IMG/VR virus record: IMGVR_UViG_3300037067_015211
Span: 148,569-212,568 of that record
Source of the DNA: a virus
Lineage: Duplodnaviria; Caudoviricetes
Strand: one strand, 5' to 3'
Length of the DNA stretch: 64,000 bases
The translations under genes and the position numbers were made by a program. Of this stretch, positions 9,256 through 20,113 are shown piece by piece. The first letter of the stretch is position 1. Each line of letters begins with the position of its first letter. The notes below the pieces were generated by a model, which was given only the letters and a program-made list of their open reading frames with translations, was not told the DNA's origin and ran no database searches.

Positions 9256-9283
9256 ATTGTATGGATAATTCTCGATTTGTCAA
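9256..9283 (-). promoter_or_regulatory. sigma70-like early promoter
   Basis: TTGACA-N16-TACAAT. Confidence 0.7.
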
Positions 9284-9345
9284 GGGACGAAATAAAAATT
9301 ATTTTTCTCTTCCATAATGCAATGAGTTTGTTATAATAAACAATC

Positions 9346-10779
9346 ATGTTTAGCAAAAAAATAACGGGATATATCTCGGATCGGGTTTACTTAAACTTAA
9401 GCCAGATTCCACAAGATGTCCATAAACAACTGCATATGTTGTTTGAGCGGTCAAATCCAGACTTTTTTAATAACAAAAGGCTAGGTTTTTCCAACTATAA
9501 TACCCCGGCGAAGCTTGTCTTCCACTTTTCTGAATATATGGACCTTAAATTCACAGGAGATACGTTTTGCTTCCCCGTAGGCGCATTGGAAGATGTAAGA
9601 GATACTCTGGCAGGGTATACGCTAAAACTTGACGACAGAAGGCTTTCTATCGCCGCTCAGCTAAAGGACAACATTAATCTATTGTCTCACCAAATTGGTG
9701 CCGTCAACGAAATGGTCAAACATGATACCGGCATATTGGTGGCCCGATGTGGCAGTGGAAAAAGTATATTAGCACTTAAATTGGCCACTATCAAGCAACA
9801 AAGAACACTAATTTGTGTGCATACAAAGAAATTATTAGAACAATGGATGGAGCGGGTGGAAGAGTTTGTGGGCGTGGTGCCCGGCCAATATGGGGCGGGA
9901 AAGAAGGAAATAAAAGACATCACAATAGGAATGATACAGACGATCACGAGGAATATAGATAGCTTAAAAGATAAGTTTGGTATGGTCGTGTTCGACGAGT
10001 GCCATCACGTATCGGCGAATACATTTTACGATATTGCCACTAAAATGCAGTGTAAATATCGGTATGGAATATCCGCGACTCCTTCTCGGAAGGACCAGAA
10101 ACAGTTTCTTTTCAAGGCCGCTCTCGGGCCAGTAAGGCACAAAATACAAAAGGCAGAAGTCGAAAAGGCGGGAATTATTATTCCGGCCAGCATTAAAATA
10201 GTGAAAACAAATTTCGAATGCCCCGAATATTTGGACGAGCAAGGAGACTATTTCAAAAACTACCATTATTTACTAGATAAACTGATAAAGGATGTGGAAA
10301 GAATAAAGCTTATTTTCAAACACCTTGAGCCAGAGTTAAAGGCAGGGCACAAGGTACTAATGTTGTTTGACCGCTTCAATATCAAGTTAAAAGACAAATT
10401 TGGGGAAGTAATCGCCGTTAGCAATATTGTCAAGAAGTGGGAAAAATGGCTTTGTGACAAAGGATACAAGGCTCTGGCGTGTACTGGTGGAAGCAAGGAC
10501 AACCTAAACGATATTGATGCTATGTTCAAGGATGGTAGACTCCAAATATTAATTGCATCTACCGTGGCCGATGAGGGGCTAGATATCAAGATCATCGACA
10601 GGCTTTTTATGTGCCTACCCTGTAAAAATAATGAAGGCTTGTTGGAACAAAGAGTGGGGAGAATAGAGAGAAAATATCCCGACAAGGAAGATGCCATAGC
10701 CTATTATTTTTTAGATACAAATATATTTGGCGAGAATATCTATCGGCTTAAGAAAAAATACAAGGTGGAAGAAACATGA
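9346..10779 (+). CDS. superfamily 2 DExH helicase
   Basis: ARCGSGKS, DECHH, GISATP, ADEGLDI, EQRVGRIER; TGnTATAAT at 9329-9337. Confidence 0.93.
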   Translation: MFSKKITGYISDRVYLNLSQIPQDVHKQLHMLFERSNPDFFNNKRLGFSNYNTPAKLVFHFSEYMDLKFTGDTFCFPVGALEDVRDTLAGYTLKLDDRRLSIAAQLKDNINLLSHQIGAVNEMVKHDTGILVARCGSGKSILALKLATIKQQRTLICVHTKKLLEQWMERVEEFVGVVPGQYGAGKKEIKDITIGMIQTITRNIDSLKDKFGMVVFDECHHVSANTFYDIATKMQCKYRYGISATPSRKDQKQFLFKAALGPVRHKIQKAEVEKAGIIIPASIKIVKTNFECPEYLDEQGDYFKNYHYLLDKLIKDVERIKLIFKHLEPELKAGHKVLMLFDRFNIKLKDKFGEVIAVSNIVKKWEKWLCDKGYKALACTGGSKDNLNDIDAMFKDGRLQILIASTVADEGLDIKIIDRLFMCLPCKNNEGLLEQRVGRIERKYPDKEDAIAYYFLDTNIFGENIYRLKKKYKVEET

Positions 10780-11081
10780 AGCTTCGATATTCAGATAGAG
10801 TATGTCTTGAGTGTGGGAAGGCGTTAGAAACACTGGATTGGCTATATATTGACGCTGTTTATTCTTTTTGTTCCATGAAGTGCAAGAATGTTTTTTATAA
10901 GTGTGATGGTGAAAAGACAAAAGAATTTATTGCTAAATCATTGGAGAACAAAATGGCTAACGACAAACATGTTTGGATTGTTCGAGGCAAGTTGATTGTG
11001 TGTAAGAAGTGTGGTGTTGTTCGCCGTGAGGACGGGCAGAATGGGCCGTGTAGGGGAAAGGCCAAAATATCGCTTAGATAG
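10776..11081 (+). CDS. Zn-finger protein
   Basis: CLECG..FCSMKC and CKKCG motifs; ATGA overlap. Confidence 0.65.
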   Translation: MKLRYSDRVCLECGKALETLDWLYIDAVYSFCSMKCKNVFYKCDGEKTKEFIAKSLENKMANDKHVWIVRGKLIVCKKCGVVRREDGQNGPCRGKAKISLR

Positions 11082-11379
11082 GTTTGTTTTCCACAATGAC
11101 CCTGTGGCCAGCATCATAAACTATTTGTTCGTTGTTTTCAGAAAGAACATATAGTTTTTCTTTCAACATTCTGATAAAATCTTTTATTGACATAACGCTA
11201 TTATTGTCCAAAAGTACGGCCGGTAATTTTTTTGATAGAATGGGAGAAATTTTTTTACCATAATAATTTGTGATTGTTATGGTTCTGTCATAGTCTTTTA
11301 AAAACTTTATCCCCTCAATATTTTCCAAACAACATTTTTCATTGGCCAATATTTTTTTTATTTTTATATGTCTGGCCAT
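11074..11379 (-). CDS. hypothetical protein (last gene of tail operon)
   Basis: 101-aa ORF overlapping upstream stop. Confidence 0.6.
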   Translation of the reverse strand: MARHIKIKKILANEKCCLENIEGIKFLKDYDRTITITNYYGKKISPILSKKLPAVLLDNNSVMSIKDFIRMLKEKLYVLSENNEQIVYDAGHRVIVENKPI

Positions 11380-14300
11380 ATATAATCTTTCTGGTTGCCA
11401 TCGGTATCGTCTCTCATATCTGGGAAAGGTTTGTCGTCCTTTTTTTCATAAGGAAATACAGCATAAGTAATTTGTCCGTCCCTTTCACCACCCCTATTTC
11501 TATTTGTATAATAAACGGATACAAGATGTGAATCTGAAGATTCCGTATAATCTGTTTCTGATGTTGGATTTATTGGCCACCCTATACGTTTCCAATCACT
11601 TTTATATTCAACTTTAGACCACATTTGCCGATAACCCTGAGTTATTTTTTTTGCAAATTCTTGTAAATCACTAATAAGTTCTCCAATTAATGGCATACAA
11701 TAATATTCCATTTTTAAATTTTGATTTCTTTTGGTGTCATCAAAATAACTATGAGCAATATCAAAATCTGTTTCTTCGTTATAAACTGTTTTTGTTGTTG
11801 TTTTTAGTTTAAATGTAACAACATTGTTTGTCCTGTATTCAAAGTATGTTATATTATACAGCTTTATTCTTATTTGATATGGATAATAAGAAACTATACG
11901 TAATATTTTTTCAACACCACCAGTGTTAATATTGTCGTATGTTCTGTAAAGTTTTAACCCATCCCCTTGTTCTCTTTCAATATATAATTCCATTTTTTCT
12001 GCGGCTACATTAACTTTAAGCGCGGTAATTTGTGTTCTTGTATCGTCGCCGGGCGAATGTGTGCGCATAATAATATTAAGCGTTTTGTCCCCGCCAGTAT
12101 AAACATATGGGCCAGTAGGTGTGGCAACTTCAACGCTTATTGTCCCCCCCAGTGTTTCTCTCAACAAATAACAATTTTTTTCAGACATAATATTTGGACA
12201 AGGGCATTGTTCATTCATTATTTCCCTATTAGAAAATCCATATGGAGAAAACAACGATTTTCTACAATATGTTTTCCCATCTTTATTATAAGCATAAAGA
12301 CATCTAAGTTTAAATTGTTGATTAAAATCAAAAATATCTATATCTACATTAGTTTTTTCTCTCAAATATTCATAAACAACATTAGAAGAATTTAAAAAAG
12401 CTGCGTATCTTCTTAATGGCAAGTGAAATGTTTCCCATCCATATGTAGGGTGCGGCACTGTAGAAGAAACAGCACCTCCCTTTGAAATTAAACCATTGCC
12501 AACAACGGTACAATCAGACTCTTTCGTAGTGCTTCCGGGTACATTTCCAACAACATAAGCACACACAACTTCTGCCGTAATTCCAGCACCACTCAATGTT
12601 CTTATTTTATATAAATCTTTATGTGAAATGGTTAGTGTAGCATATGAATGCCAATCCGATCCGCCATAAGAAAAGTCACCAGATCCAGCTTCATATGGAT
12701 AGTGGAGCCGTAATATTTTAAATGTCCAAGTAAGATCACCGTTGTATTTTGAATACAATATAAAAGCTGAGGGAGGAATTACAAAAGTACCACCTGTAAT
12801 GTATTCACCAGTTGCTCCAGCAGTTTTTGAAAAAGAAAATAAAACACCAACAGTATGGTATGTCCCCTGTATGCCACCTATTCCACTATAAATTGCTGTT
12901 CTCGTTAAATCTGTGCCACCAAAAATATATTGCGGTGCATAAGGGCCAATCCAGCGATCAAACCCAAAACCTGTTATAGAATCTCCACTTCTTGCCTTTG
13001 ACATATGTGATGTGCTAAACATAACCGTTCCATCGTATTCCCACTCTTGATAGCTACTCGAATACTTTGTACCATATGTCATTGCTATATTGGGAATATT
13101 AAACATTGAATTTTCTATGTATCTTCGTAACCACATAATCATTTTATAAATATCTGAATTGTTGTGTTTTTGCATTCTACCATATGCATCAAGCCTCCTT
13201 GAATACATTGTAAAATCATCACCAATCCAAACAAGCGGCTCAAACGGAATATTTACATTTGTATTTAAAACATCAACACTGGTTACATTGTTAAACTCAA
13301 TTTTATGTTGATAAGTTTTTGCACTACTTGATATATTTGCCGCCCAATCATTTGACAAAACATTTTGGATATACTGTGGGTATTCATATATTAGGGAATC
13401 AAGCCCATAATTATATACTTGATTTGTATGCCCATAAGGATGAGATGAAAAATAAAAATGTCCCCAAGAATATTTTTCTTGATAATAATTTTCTGTACAT
13501 TGACCATGAGGACATGCATTTATTTTATATCTAACATATAAATCATAGTCTGTTGTGCCAATATCCGCTTGTGTTCTTTTAAACTCGCCATTGTTGCCAT
13601 CAAGATAATAATTTTCTTTATCAATTAACGGCATATTAATAAGCCCCGTATATTTATTGTATGTAAAATCAGAAATTTCAATTTCGGCAGGAAATCCCAA
13701 TTGTATTTTTGCAGTATCATTTATTTTTAAATACAACTTTTGTATTGAAAATGTTCTTGGATTTTTTATTATCGCCCTAGCCATTACACCATTTGGTATT
13801 TTATATGAATGGATGTCCCAATTATTAAAATCTGGTCCATGAAAATATATATGTTCTTTGTCTTTGTTGCCACCCAAATCAGTTTTTTCTGAATAATAAA
13901 CAAGTTGTTTTGTTTGTGGTATAGTTAAATCAGAAATGGCCCAACATGGAGAATAATTTATAAAGCCAAATGGATTTGGTGTGGTGGCATAACTACTAAA
14001 AATATTAGGAACAGTATGGCCTAAAAATAATCTTGGTCCGCCCCCGATTGTCATGTCATCTGTATCAGAGTTGTCCGAACCAACATTATGATGTGCATTA
14101 CTTGTAACAGTATAATAATTATTAGTTAAATAATCTTCAACAGTATATGTTGTACTTTCCGAATAGCCGGGAATTATCATTTCTGGTGGAATTGTAACAG
14201 TTTTTGTTATATCTCTAGTTGATGAATACGTTTCACTTGTAGTTATTGTTTCTGTATGAGGCTGGCCATCTCCCGGAGAAATTGTTGTAATTTCTCTTGT

Positions 14301-16022
14301 TGAATCACTTGTAAATGTGTCTGTAACGGTTTGTGTTATTATTTGCTCGCCCGGAGGCCCATAGATTGTTGGATATTCTGTAGTCGTTGTGTTTGATGTT
14401 GAATTATCTTCATAATCTTCTTCCGTCCAATAAAGTGGGCCAGCATTAAACCTTATTCCATAAATTGGAAGCCAAGATATTTTTACATTTTCTATTTCTT
14501 CCTCTTCGCCATCTTGTCTTATGAAGGTGGTGGTTAATGCTTCTTCTGGAAAATCCATTGAATTTTTTACAACTTCACCACTTTCATCTTCTCCAATAAA
14601 TTCAGAACCATTTAAAAATACATTGTCAAACTGTCTGTAAAAAACAACATCTCTCATATTTAATGGATCTCGGGCTATATAATATGGCAATGTGCTTATT
14701 CCAAAATTTTCTTCTAGCATCATCGTATGCCAATTGGCAACAAAAAGACCTTTTATGTTTAAAAGACCAGTTTGAATTGCAACAATATTGTTTGATGTTG
14801 CTTTATTGTCTTTTAGAGATAAATTTTGTAGAGGGTAGTTTGGAAAGAAAAAAGGACCGCCCCCACCCCCCGGTCTGCGCCCAGAGCTACATATTAATTT
14901 ATCTTTTAAGTTATCATTTGTTGAAAATGGGGTGCCATACAAAAATGGAACAGATGAGCCGTCATTATAATTTGTGGAAAAATATGGCGTTGTTTCCGAT
15001 GGTTGTGTTGCGGAATAAGAAACTGGGTCTACTGTTAAAGGGCTAAACAAGGCCGTTGGTTGGTATAAATAAACATTTTTTATTTTTACACCATCAAAAA
15101 CTATTCTAATATCATTAACGGTAGTTGATTTTGATGCAGAATATATTTCTATGGTTATTTGGTCTATGTTTGTTGTTGAAATAGGAAGTTCAATTGTTTC
15201 TAAATTTGTTTTAGGGGTATAATCAGTATCATAACCGCTATATATAGCAGATGCACAATTTGTTGATATTTTTACATATCCATTTACATGAATTTTTTCA
15301 AAAGTTATTTTTACCGAAGATGCATAATATTGTTTTATTTGATTCTGATAATTATAATTCAAATCACCGGCATATGGTATTTCTATAATAGTTAAGTCTT
15401 CTTCATTAGGTGGAACATATTCTTTTGTATAATATGGTTTTCCATATGTGGACCCCACATTTGGATCCGTTTCCGGCAATTCTGTCCAATCATATTGTGA
15501 CTCGTCATATCTAAATGGAGGAAAAAAACAAATTCCTTGCTTCGGCTCAATTTTTTCTTCTACTATTTCTCCACCAGAACCAAACGTTCCGATACCCCCT
15601 ACAACATCATCTGCACTTTGCCCCCGAGTACACACATTATTTACTGGATCGGCAAATTCGCAAATATTTGCCCTTGTGCCCCACTGTGGTAACATTATTG
15701 CCGAGACCTGTTCTCCATCTTCATATGTGCCTTCTCCATATGGTCTCCAAGGAAAATAATGTGCCGCTTGAATTGCATTTAATATTTGACAAATATGTTT
15801 TCTGTTTACAGTTGTTCCTGCAACAAAATTTTTGCAAACTACATTGTCGGTGCTTGTAGCTTCATATGGAAACCCTTCAATACAGGGGCCATTAGGGCAC
15901 TTGTTGGTATAAACTGTTCCGGGAACAGTGGCATTGCATTTAGCCGAAGTTATTTCATGAAATGAATAGTTTTCGCCATATGTTTCCGTCGCCCATGTTG
16001 GCAAACCACTAACTGTTTCCAT
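11364..16022 (-). CDS. large Cys-rich virion/tail-tip protein
   Basis: 1552 aa, Y/T/N/G-rich beta composition, end of tail module. Confidence 0.6.
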   Translation of the reverse strand: METVSGLPTWATETYGENYSFHEITSAKCNATVPGTVYTNKCPNGPCIEGFPYEATSTDNVVCKNFVAGTTVNRKHICQILNAIQAAHYFPWRPYGEGTYEDGEQVSAIMLPQWGTRANICEFADPVNNVCTRGQSADDVVGGIGTFGSGGEIVEEKIEPKQGICFFPPFRYDESQYDWTELPETDPNVGSTYGKPYYTKEYVPPNEEDLTIIEIPYAGDLNYNYQNQIKQYYASSVKITFEKIHVNGYVKISTNCASAIYSGYDTDYTPKTNLETIELPISTTNIDQITIEIYSASKSTTVNDIRIVFDGVKIKNVYLYQPTALFSPLTVDPVSYSATQPSETTPYFSTNYNDGSSVPFLYGTPFSTNDNLKDKLICSSGRRPGGGGGPFFFPNYPLQNLSLKDNKATSNNIVAIQTGLLNIKGLFVANWHTMMLEENFGISTLPYYIARDPLNMRDVVFYRQFDNVFLNGSEFIGEDESGEVVKNSMDFPEEALTTTFIRQDGEEEEIENVKISWLPIYGIRFNAGPLYWTEEDYEDNSTSNTTTTEYPTIYGPPGEQIITQTVTDTFTSDSTREITTISPGDGQPHTETITTSETYSSTRDITKTVTIPPEMIIPGYSESTTYTVEDYLTNNYYTVTSNAHHNVGSDNSDTDDMTIGGGPRLFLGHTVPNIFSSYATTPNPFGFINYSPCWAISDLTIPQTKQLVYYSEKTDLGGNKDKEHIYFHGPDFNNWDIHSYKIPNGVMARAIIKNPRTFSIQKLYLKINDTAKIQLGFPAEIEISDFTYNKYTGLINMPLIDKENYYLDGNNGEFKRTQADIGTTDYDLYVRYKINACPHGQCTENYYQEKYSWGHFYFSSHPYGHTNQVYNYGLDSLIYEYPQYIQNVLSNDWAANISSSAKTYQHKIEFNNVTSVDVLNTNVNIPFEPLVWIGDDFTMYSRRLDAYGRMQKHNNSDIYKMIMWLRRYIENSMFNIPNIAMTYGTKYSSSYQEWEYDGTVMFSTSHMSKARSGDSITGFGFDRWIGPYAPQYIFGGTDLTRTAIYSGIGGIQGTYHTVGVLFSFSKTAGATGEYITGGTFVIPPSAFILYSKYNGDLTWTFKILRLHYPYEAGSGDFSYGGSDWHSYATLTISHKDLYKIRTLSGAGITAEVVCAYVVGNVPGSTTKESDCTVVGNGLISKGGAVSSTVPHPTYGWETFHLPLRRYAAFLNSSNVVYEYLREKTNVDIDIFDFNQQFKLRCLYAYNKDGKTYCRKSLFSPYGFSNREIMNEQCPCPNIMSEKNCYLLRETLGGTISVEVATPTGPYVYTGGDKTLNIIMRTHSPGDDTRTQITALKVNVAAEKMELYIEREQGDGLKLYRTYDNINTGGVEKILRIVSYYPYQIRIKLYNITYFEYRTNNVVTFKLKTTTKTVYNEETDFDIAHSYFDDTKRNQNLKMEYYCMPLIGELISDLQEFAKKITQGYRQMWSKVEYKSDWKRIGWPINPTSETDYTESSDSHLVSVYYTNRNRGGERDGQITYAVFPYEKKDDKPFPDMRDDTDGNQKDYIWPDI

Positions 16023-16029
16023 TATTGTC

Positions 16030-18009
16030 CTAATATTTTATTTTTATGTCGCCAGATGCAGTTTGAATGCCAGAATTTGTTTGATATGACAGGTCAATAA
16101 AAAATTTTTCATTAGATGCCCAAACTCCATTTGATAGTCCTGATGCTCCAGAGTACGCAAATTCATGTAATCTATTAGGATAATTATACCCATAAACAGT
16201 TTCGTTTACAACAGAAATCCCCTGCGTATCCTTTATTTTTATATAAGCATTAGATGTTTCATGTGCAACGGTTTCATATTTTGTAGAAAAACTCGGATAT
16301 TCATATTGGGTTGGCAAGGATGTGGTAATGTTTTCCCACACATCTGTATCAACATAATACTTCCAATGGTGTTGATTTGTGTAAAGCCCTCCAATAAGGT
16401 GTATTGTTCTATTTTCCGGATCCCAAAAGGTTGCCCCGCCACGATACTGCTGTCCATTTGCCGTGCCCTGTGTTGTTCCGCGCTTTGTCCAAATATTTGT
16501 TTCAATGTCATAAACATACGTTACGTATTTTGTTCCAGTGTCGTCGAGAGTGCCAAACACATATATTTTCCCCTCTATTCCTATTCCCGGCCTAAAAATA
16601 TATGTATTTAATCCAGTAGAAATTGGAGTATCCCACGTATTTGCAAATGGATCATAAACCAAAATGTATGGATATGCAGAAATGTCTATCCCAATTACAT
16701 ATATTTTGTCTCCATAAAAATAACATGGTCCAGATTGAATATCATAGCTAGAAGATACACTTGTTTTATTCGTTAGTGTCTGAGAAAAAATATTGTATGC
16801 CCAACAATAATAACCTTGAAAAATGAAAATATTGCCCAAACAATAAGCCGATACTGTTCTTTTACTTGCAGATGGTTGTGGTGCGGTTGTGCCTAAATCA
16901 ATAGTTTGCCAAGAATCGCCTTCTGTGTCATAAATTAACATTAATGTATCGTTTGGAGGGCTTTCCTGTCTATCAAAAACATAAACATTGTTATTATAAT
17001 ATCCGCACCATGCAATATAATCTATCTTCTCGCTTGGGCCTGTAAGGCCACTCCAAACACTTGTTTGTGGACTAAACTTATTCCAAACTGTTGAATCCTC
17101 TTGACCAATAAAAAAATCAAGGCTATAGTTGCTTTGTAGTTTTAAGGAAATATCGATTTCCTTTATTGTTCCCCTACATTGTAAATTAAATTCTTGATTG
17201 TACATTGTATTCAAGCCAGAGCCAACGGCAACAGACAAATTGTTTGCCCCGGTATATATGTTTGATTTTTCCTGATATACGCCAGAAACATAAGAATGTT
17301 TATATGTTGGCGATAAAAATTCTATATATCTTCCGCTATATAAATCGTGGCTATGCTTTTCCCCCGGCAATAACTCCGTTCCATTTTTCAAATCATTAAA
17401 ACCTGAAACATCAATTTCATCTATTGTAACACCAGAGTCTACGTTAAGGTCTCCATTAAGTGTTCCGCTACAAACGCTAATGCCGCCCGTTTGTTCTGGT
17501 GTAACAAGATGTGGATTATTGGCAATGCCCGAGAGCATATGAGATATCATAGAATTTGCTTCGGCAGATAGATCAATACCATTAAAAAGGCCGTCGATAG
17601 TTGTAATCGTGCTTCCACCATAAACCCCGGCCAAACCGCTTACATATAAATTATCCAGACCAGAGATATGATTTACCGCAACATCTTTTACAATAATTTG
17701 GTTAAATATACCAATATTTGCCTTTAGACCAGAGTGATATGAGAATACATATCCATTTTCATTAATAAGGTCTTGAACTTCCATTTCATTGGTCGTTATT
17801 CCAGAGACAAAAGCATCTCCAAATATATTGATATCATTTGCTACAGCACAGCTTAGGCCAGAAAACATCTCTTTAATAACAATGCCAGAAGAAAATTGTA
17901 AAATTGTTCCATGTGGATCAATATTGTTATCGTAGTGATCGCTCAAAATAACAACATATTTTTTTTCGCCCGGAGACTGTGTAATGCCATCAGTTACTAC
18001 TGTCGCCAT
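16030..18009 (-). CDS. tail fibre/baseplate protein with Kelch-type propeller
   Basis: Kelch-like repeats (KIYVIG, KIYVFG, YDP..NTW, HLIGG); N-half paralogous to 20114-21676. Confidence 0.7.
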   Translation of the reverse strand: MATVVTDGITQSPGEKKYVVILSDHYDNNIDPHGTILQFSSGIVIKEMFSGLSCAVANDINIFGDAFVSGITTNEMEVQDLINENGYVFSYHSGLKANIGIFNQIIVKDVAVNHISGLDNLYVSGLAGVYGGSTITTIDGLFNGIDLSAEANSMISHMLSGIANNPHLVTPEQTGGISVCSGTLNGDLNVDSGVTIDEIDVSGFNDLKNGTELLPGEKHSHDLYSGRYIEFLSPTYKHSYVSGVYQEKSNIYTGANNLSVAVGSGLNTMYNQEFNLQCRGTIKEIDISLKLQSNYSLDFFIGQEDSTVWNKFSPQTSVWSGLTGPSEKIDYIAWCGYYNNNVYVFDRQESPPNDTLMLIYDTEGDSWQTIDLGTTAPQPSASKRTVSAYCLGNIFIFQGYYCWAYNIFSQTLTNKTSVSSSYDIQSGPCYFYGDKIYVIGIDISAYPYILVYDPFANTWDTPISTGLNTYIFRPGIGIEGKIYVFGTLDDTGTKYVTYVYDIETNIWTKRGTTQGTANGQQYRGGATFWDPENRTIHLIGGLYTNQHHWKYYVDTDVWENITTSLPTQYEYPSFSTKYETVAHETSNAYIKIKDTQGISVVNETVYGYNYPNRLHEFAYSGASGLSNGVWASNEKFFIDLSYQTNSGIQTASGDIKIKY

Positions 18010-18012
18010 CTT

Positions 18013-19536
18013 TTATCCTAAATCAAAGTCTATGCCGTATAGACGAACTGCATTATTGTTGCTTGTATATAGTTCTGTTTTTAGAACTAGCGCATCTCCA
18101 GCTTGCCAGTTAGACCCTATGTTTGAAAGCTTCGTGGACGGAGCAGATACACCATAAAATCTACCTATACCCGCATTAAATAAATTTTCAATATCTGTAT
18201 CAGATTTATAGGCATTCCAATAACTCGCTTCATCCATTAAACCATCAAATGAATTTGTTGTAAATATAGATTTCACTAATTCCATATCCCAAGCATACCT
18301 TGCGCCAATAATAAAATCAGTGCCAATTGCCTGTGTGGTTTCAACCGTAGCTTCTGAAGTGGAATATAATGTTCCTGTCGAACAATCTCCAACATCTAAT
18401 TTAAATACATTTCCAGCACCATAAAATCTTCCTGCAATCATCCACCATTTGCCACTAATATCATCGCCAACAATTTGAGTGCAACTATTTGGCCCCATAC
18501 CATCTTTAAAAAGAAATACAAATTTTCGTCCAAAACCATCTCTTGTTATAGTAAGTGCCCAACATTCTGTGTCCATATCGGCAGTAACTTGTTTAAAGGC
18601 AATATCCCTAGTGGTAGAGAGGGCTATGTCACTTTCTGGTTTAATAAATACTGCATATGTGAAATCGCCCGTATTGGGGATAATAAAATTTGTAGGATAT
18701 GGAAGGGCATGGGTAAGATAATCCCCATCACCATTTTCAAAATCTAAACAATGATTGTAAATTCCACTGGAAGATTCTACCGTGCCCGTATTTGTCAAAT
18801 CAAATGCACCAACCGCGTCTTCGGCTGAAGTGTTTTCCATGTGCCAAACATGTTTTAAATCAGAATTCAAATTATCTGTATAGCTTTGATCCGCCGAATA
18901 TGTGAACATTTCAGGTGTTTGGCCCGTTCCGTTTTGGAAAACTGTAGTCACAACCTTGGCATCTGTGGCTACCGTACTGTCGGCATCAAAATTCAGTTCA
19001 ATTGTATTGGCTCCAAATGCCGCACTGGGCGGGAACTTTTTGGCAAAATACATGTCCAAATGCTCTTGATATGCCTGACTAGAAACAGCCTGTACAAATA
19101 AATTTGTACCGTTAAACCCTTCCGTAACCGTCAAGCCAGACTGTACGCCCAGCCCTGAACTATATTCTAGTCTAATTGCATGGAAGGGGGGAAGTTCATT
19201 ATTGGGACTAAAATATGGATAAACCTTAGCCTCTGTACCAGAAGCGTAGTTTATCACGCTGGAAATGCTAGATGTGTTCGTGCTCGTCTGTGCGCCCACT
19301 CCAGACGCATAGCCCGTAACGGCAGTGATTTGGGTAGTATGGGTGCCTACCGTGCTCGCTGTGGCCACCGCAAGCGTTCCTACGCCCGATCCGTATAGCT
19401 CTTCCTTGTACATCTGGTCATCTACGATGTCTAAACCAGAGTTTACATATGTTCCCCAGTTATCGGACTCTGTGTAGACCTGATTGGGAACTGGTTTTTG
19501 TATTGAATAATGACTTGTCGGTGTCGGATCTGCCAT
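18013..19536 (-). CDS. tail fibre with LamG/ConA-like domain
   Basis: N-terminal WGTYVNSGLDIVD; C-terminal FIIGAR...FDGLMDEASYWN..SDTDIENLFNAG. Confidence 0.75.
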   Translation of the reverse strand: MADPTPTSHYSIQKPVPNQVYTESDNWGTYVNSGLDIVDDQMYKEELYGSGVGTLAVATASTVGTHTTQITAVTGYASGVGAQTSTNTSSISSVINYASGTEAKVYPYFSPNNELPPFHAIRLEYSSGLGVQSGLTVTEGFNGTNLFVQAVSSQAYQEHLDMYFAKKFPPSAAFGANTIELNFDADSTVATDAKVVTTVFQNGTGQTPEMFTYSADQSYTDNLNSDLKHVWHMENTSAEDAVGAFDLTNTGTVESSSGIYNHCLDFENGDGDYLTHALPYPTNFIIPNTGDFTYAVFIKPESDIALSTTRDIAFKQVTADMDTECWALTITRDGFGRKFVFLFKDGMGPNSCTQIVGDDISGKWWMIAGRFYGAGNVFKLDVGDCSTGTLYSTSEATVETTQAIGTDFIIGARYAWDMELVKSIFTTNSFDGLMDEASYWNAYKSDTDIENLFNAGIGRFYGVSAPSTKLSNIGSNWQAGDALVLKTELYTSNNNAVRLYGIDFDLG

Positions 19537-19548
19537 AGTTATTTTCCT

Positions 19549-20109
19549 TTAACTTCCGTAAGAACCTTGCCCAAAATACCCTTGACCATAAATGCCAGTC
19601 AAAGATGGAGGCGTTACCATTCCCATATATAACTCGATATTTGTTGTTGTAAGTCCATTTTTTGTAATTGCCAAAAGGTTTGCAAACTCCCTTGAACTCA
19701 AATAACTAGATACACTTTCATTTGTTCTATCTTCCTCAACAAGCTTAAGAAACAAATAATATGTTTGTCCTGCAATAAGATCATTCCACCGCACATTAAA
19801 AATTTCAATATATACACCATTAATTATACATTCAAGTTCATCACAAATACATGCAATATTGCCATTGTCTTCATAAAGAAGATAAAAATCGCTTTCTCTA
19901 ATAACACCGTTTGCCCGAGTCATATAGTCGTTTATGGACAATGCTCTTGCAGTTCCATATACATTATTTTCAATAATGTCGGCATATCTTTTTTCAAGCT
20001 TGGCACTAAACTGGGTATCCCAAACCCCATCTTCATCTGCATCGTTTGGGTCAATAATTGGAAGCACATAATGGGTGCTTACTCCACCAACATATGATGT
20101 TATGGTCAT
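19549..20109 (-). CDS. baseplate/tail-tip protein
   Basis: Paralogous to N-terminus of 20114-21676 (ADIIENNVYG vs ANIIDNQLYG; TYYLFL vs TYYLYV). Confidence 0.6.
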   Translation of the reverse strand: MTITSYVGGVSTHYVLPIIDPNDADEDGVWDTQFSAKLEKRYADIIENNVYGTARALSINDYMTRANGVIRESDFYLLYEDNGNIACICDELECIINGVYIEIFNVRWNDLIAGQTYYLFLKLVEEDRTNESVSSYLSSREFANLLAITKNGLTTTNIELYMGMVTPPSLTGIYGQGYFGQGSYGS

Positions 20110-20113
20110 ACAG

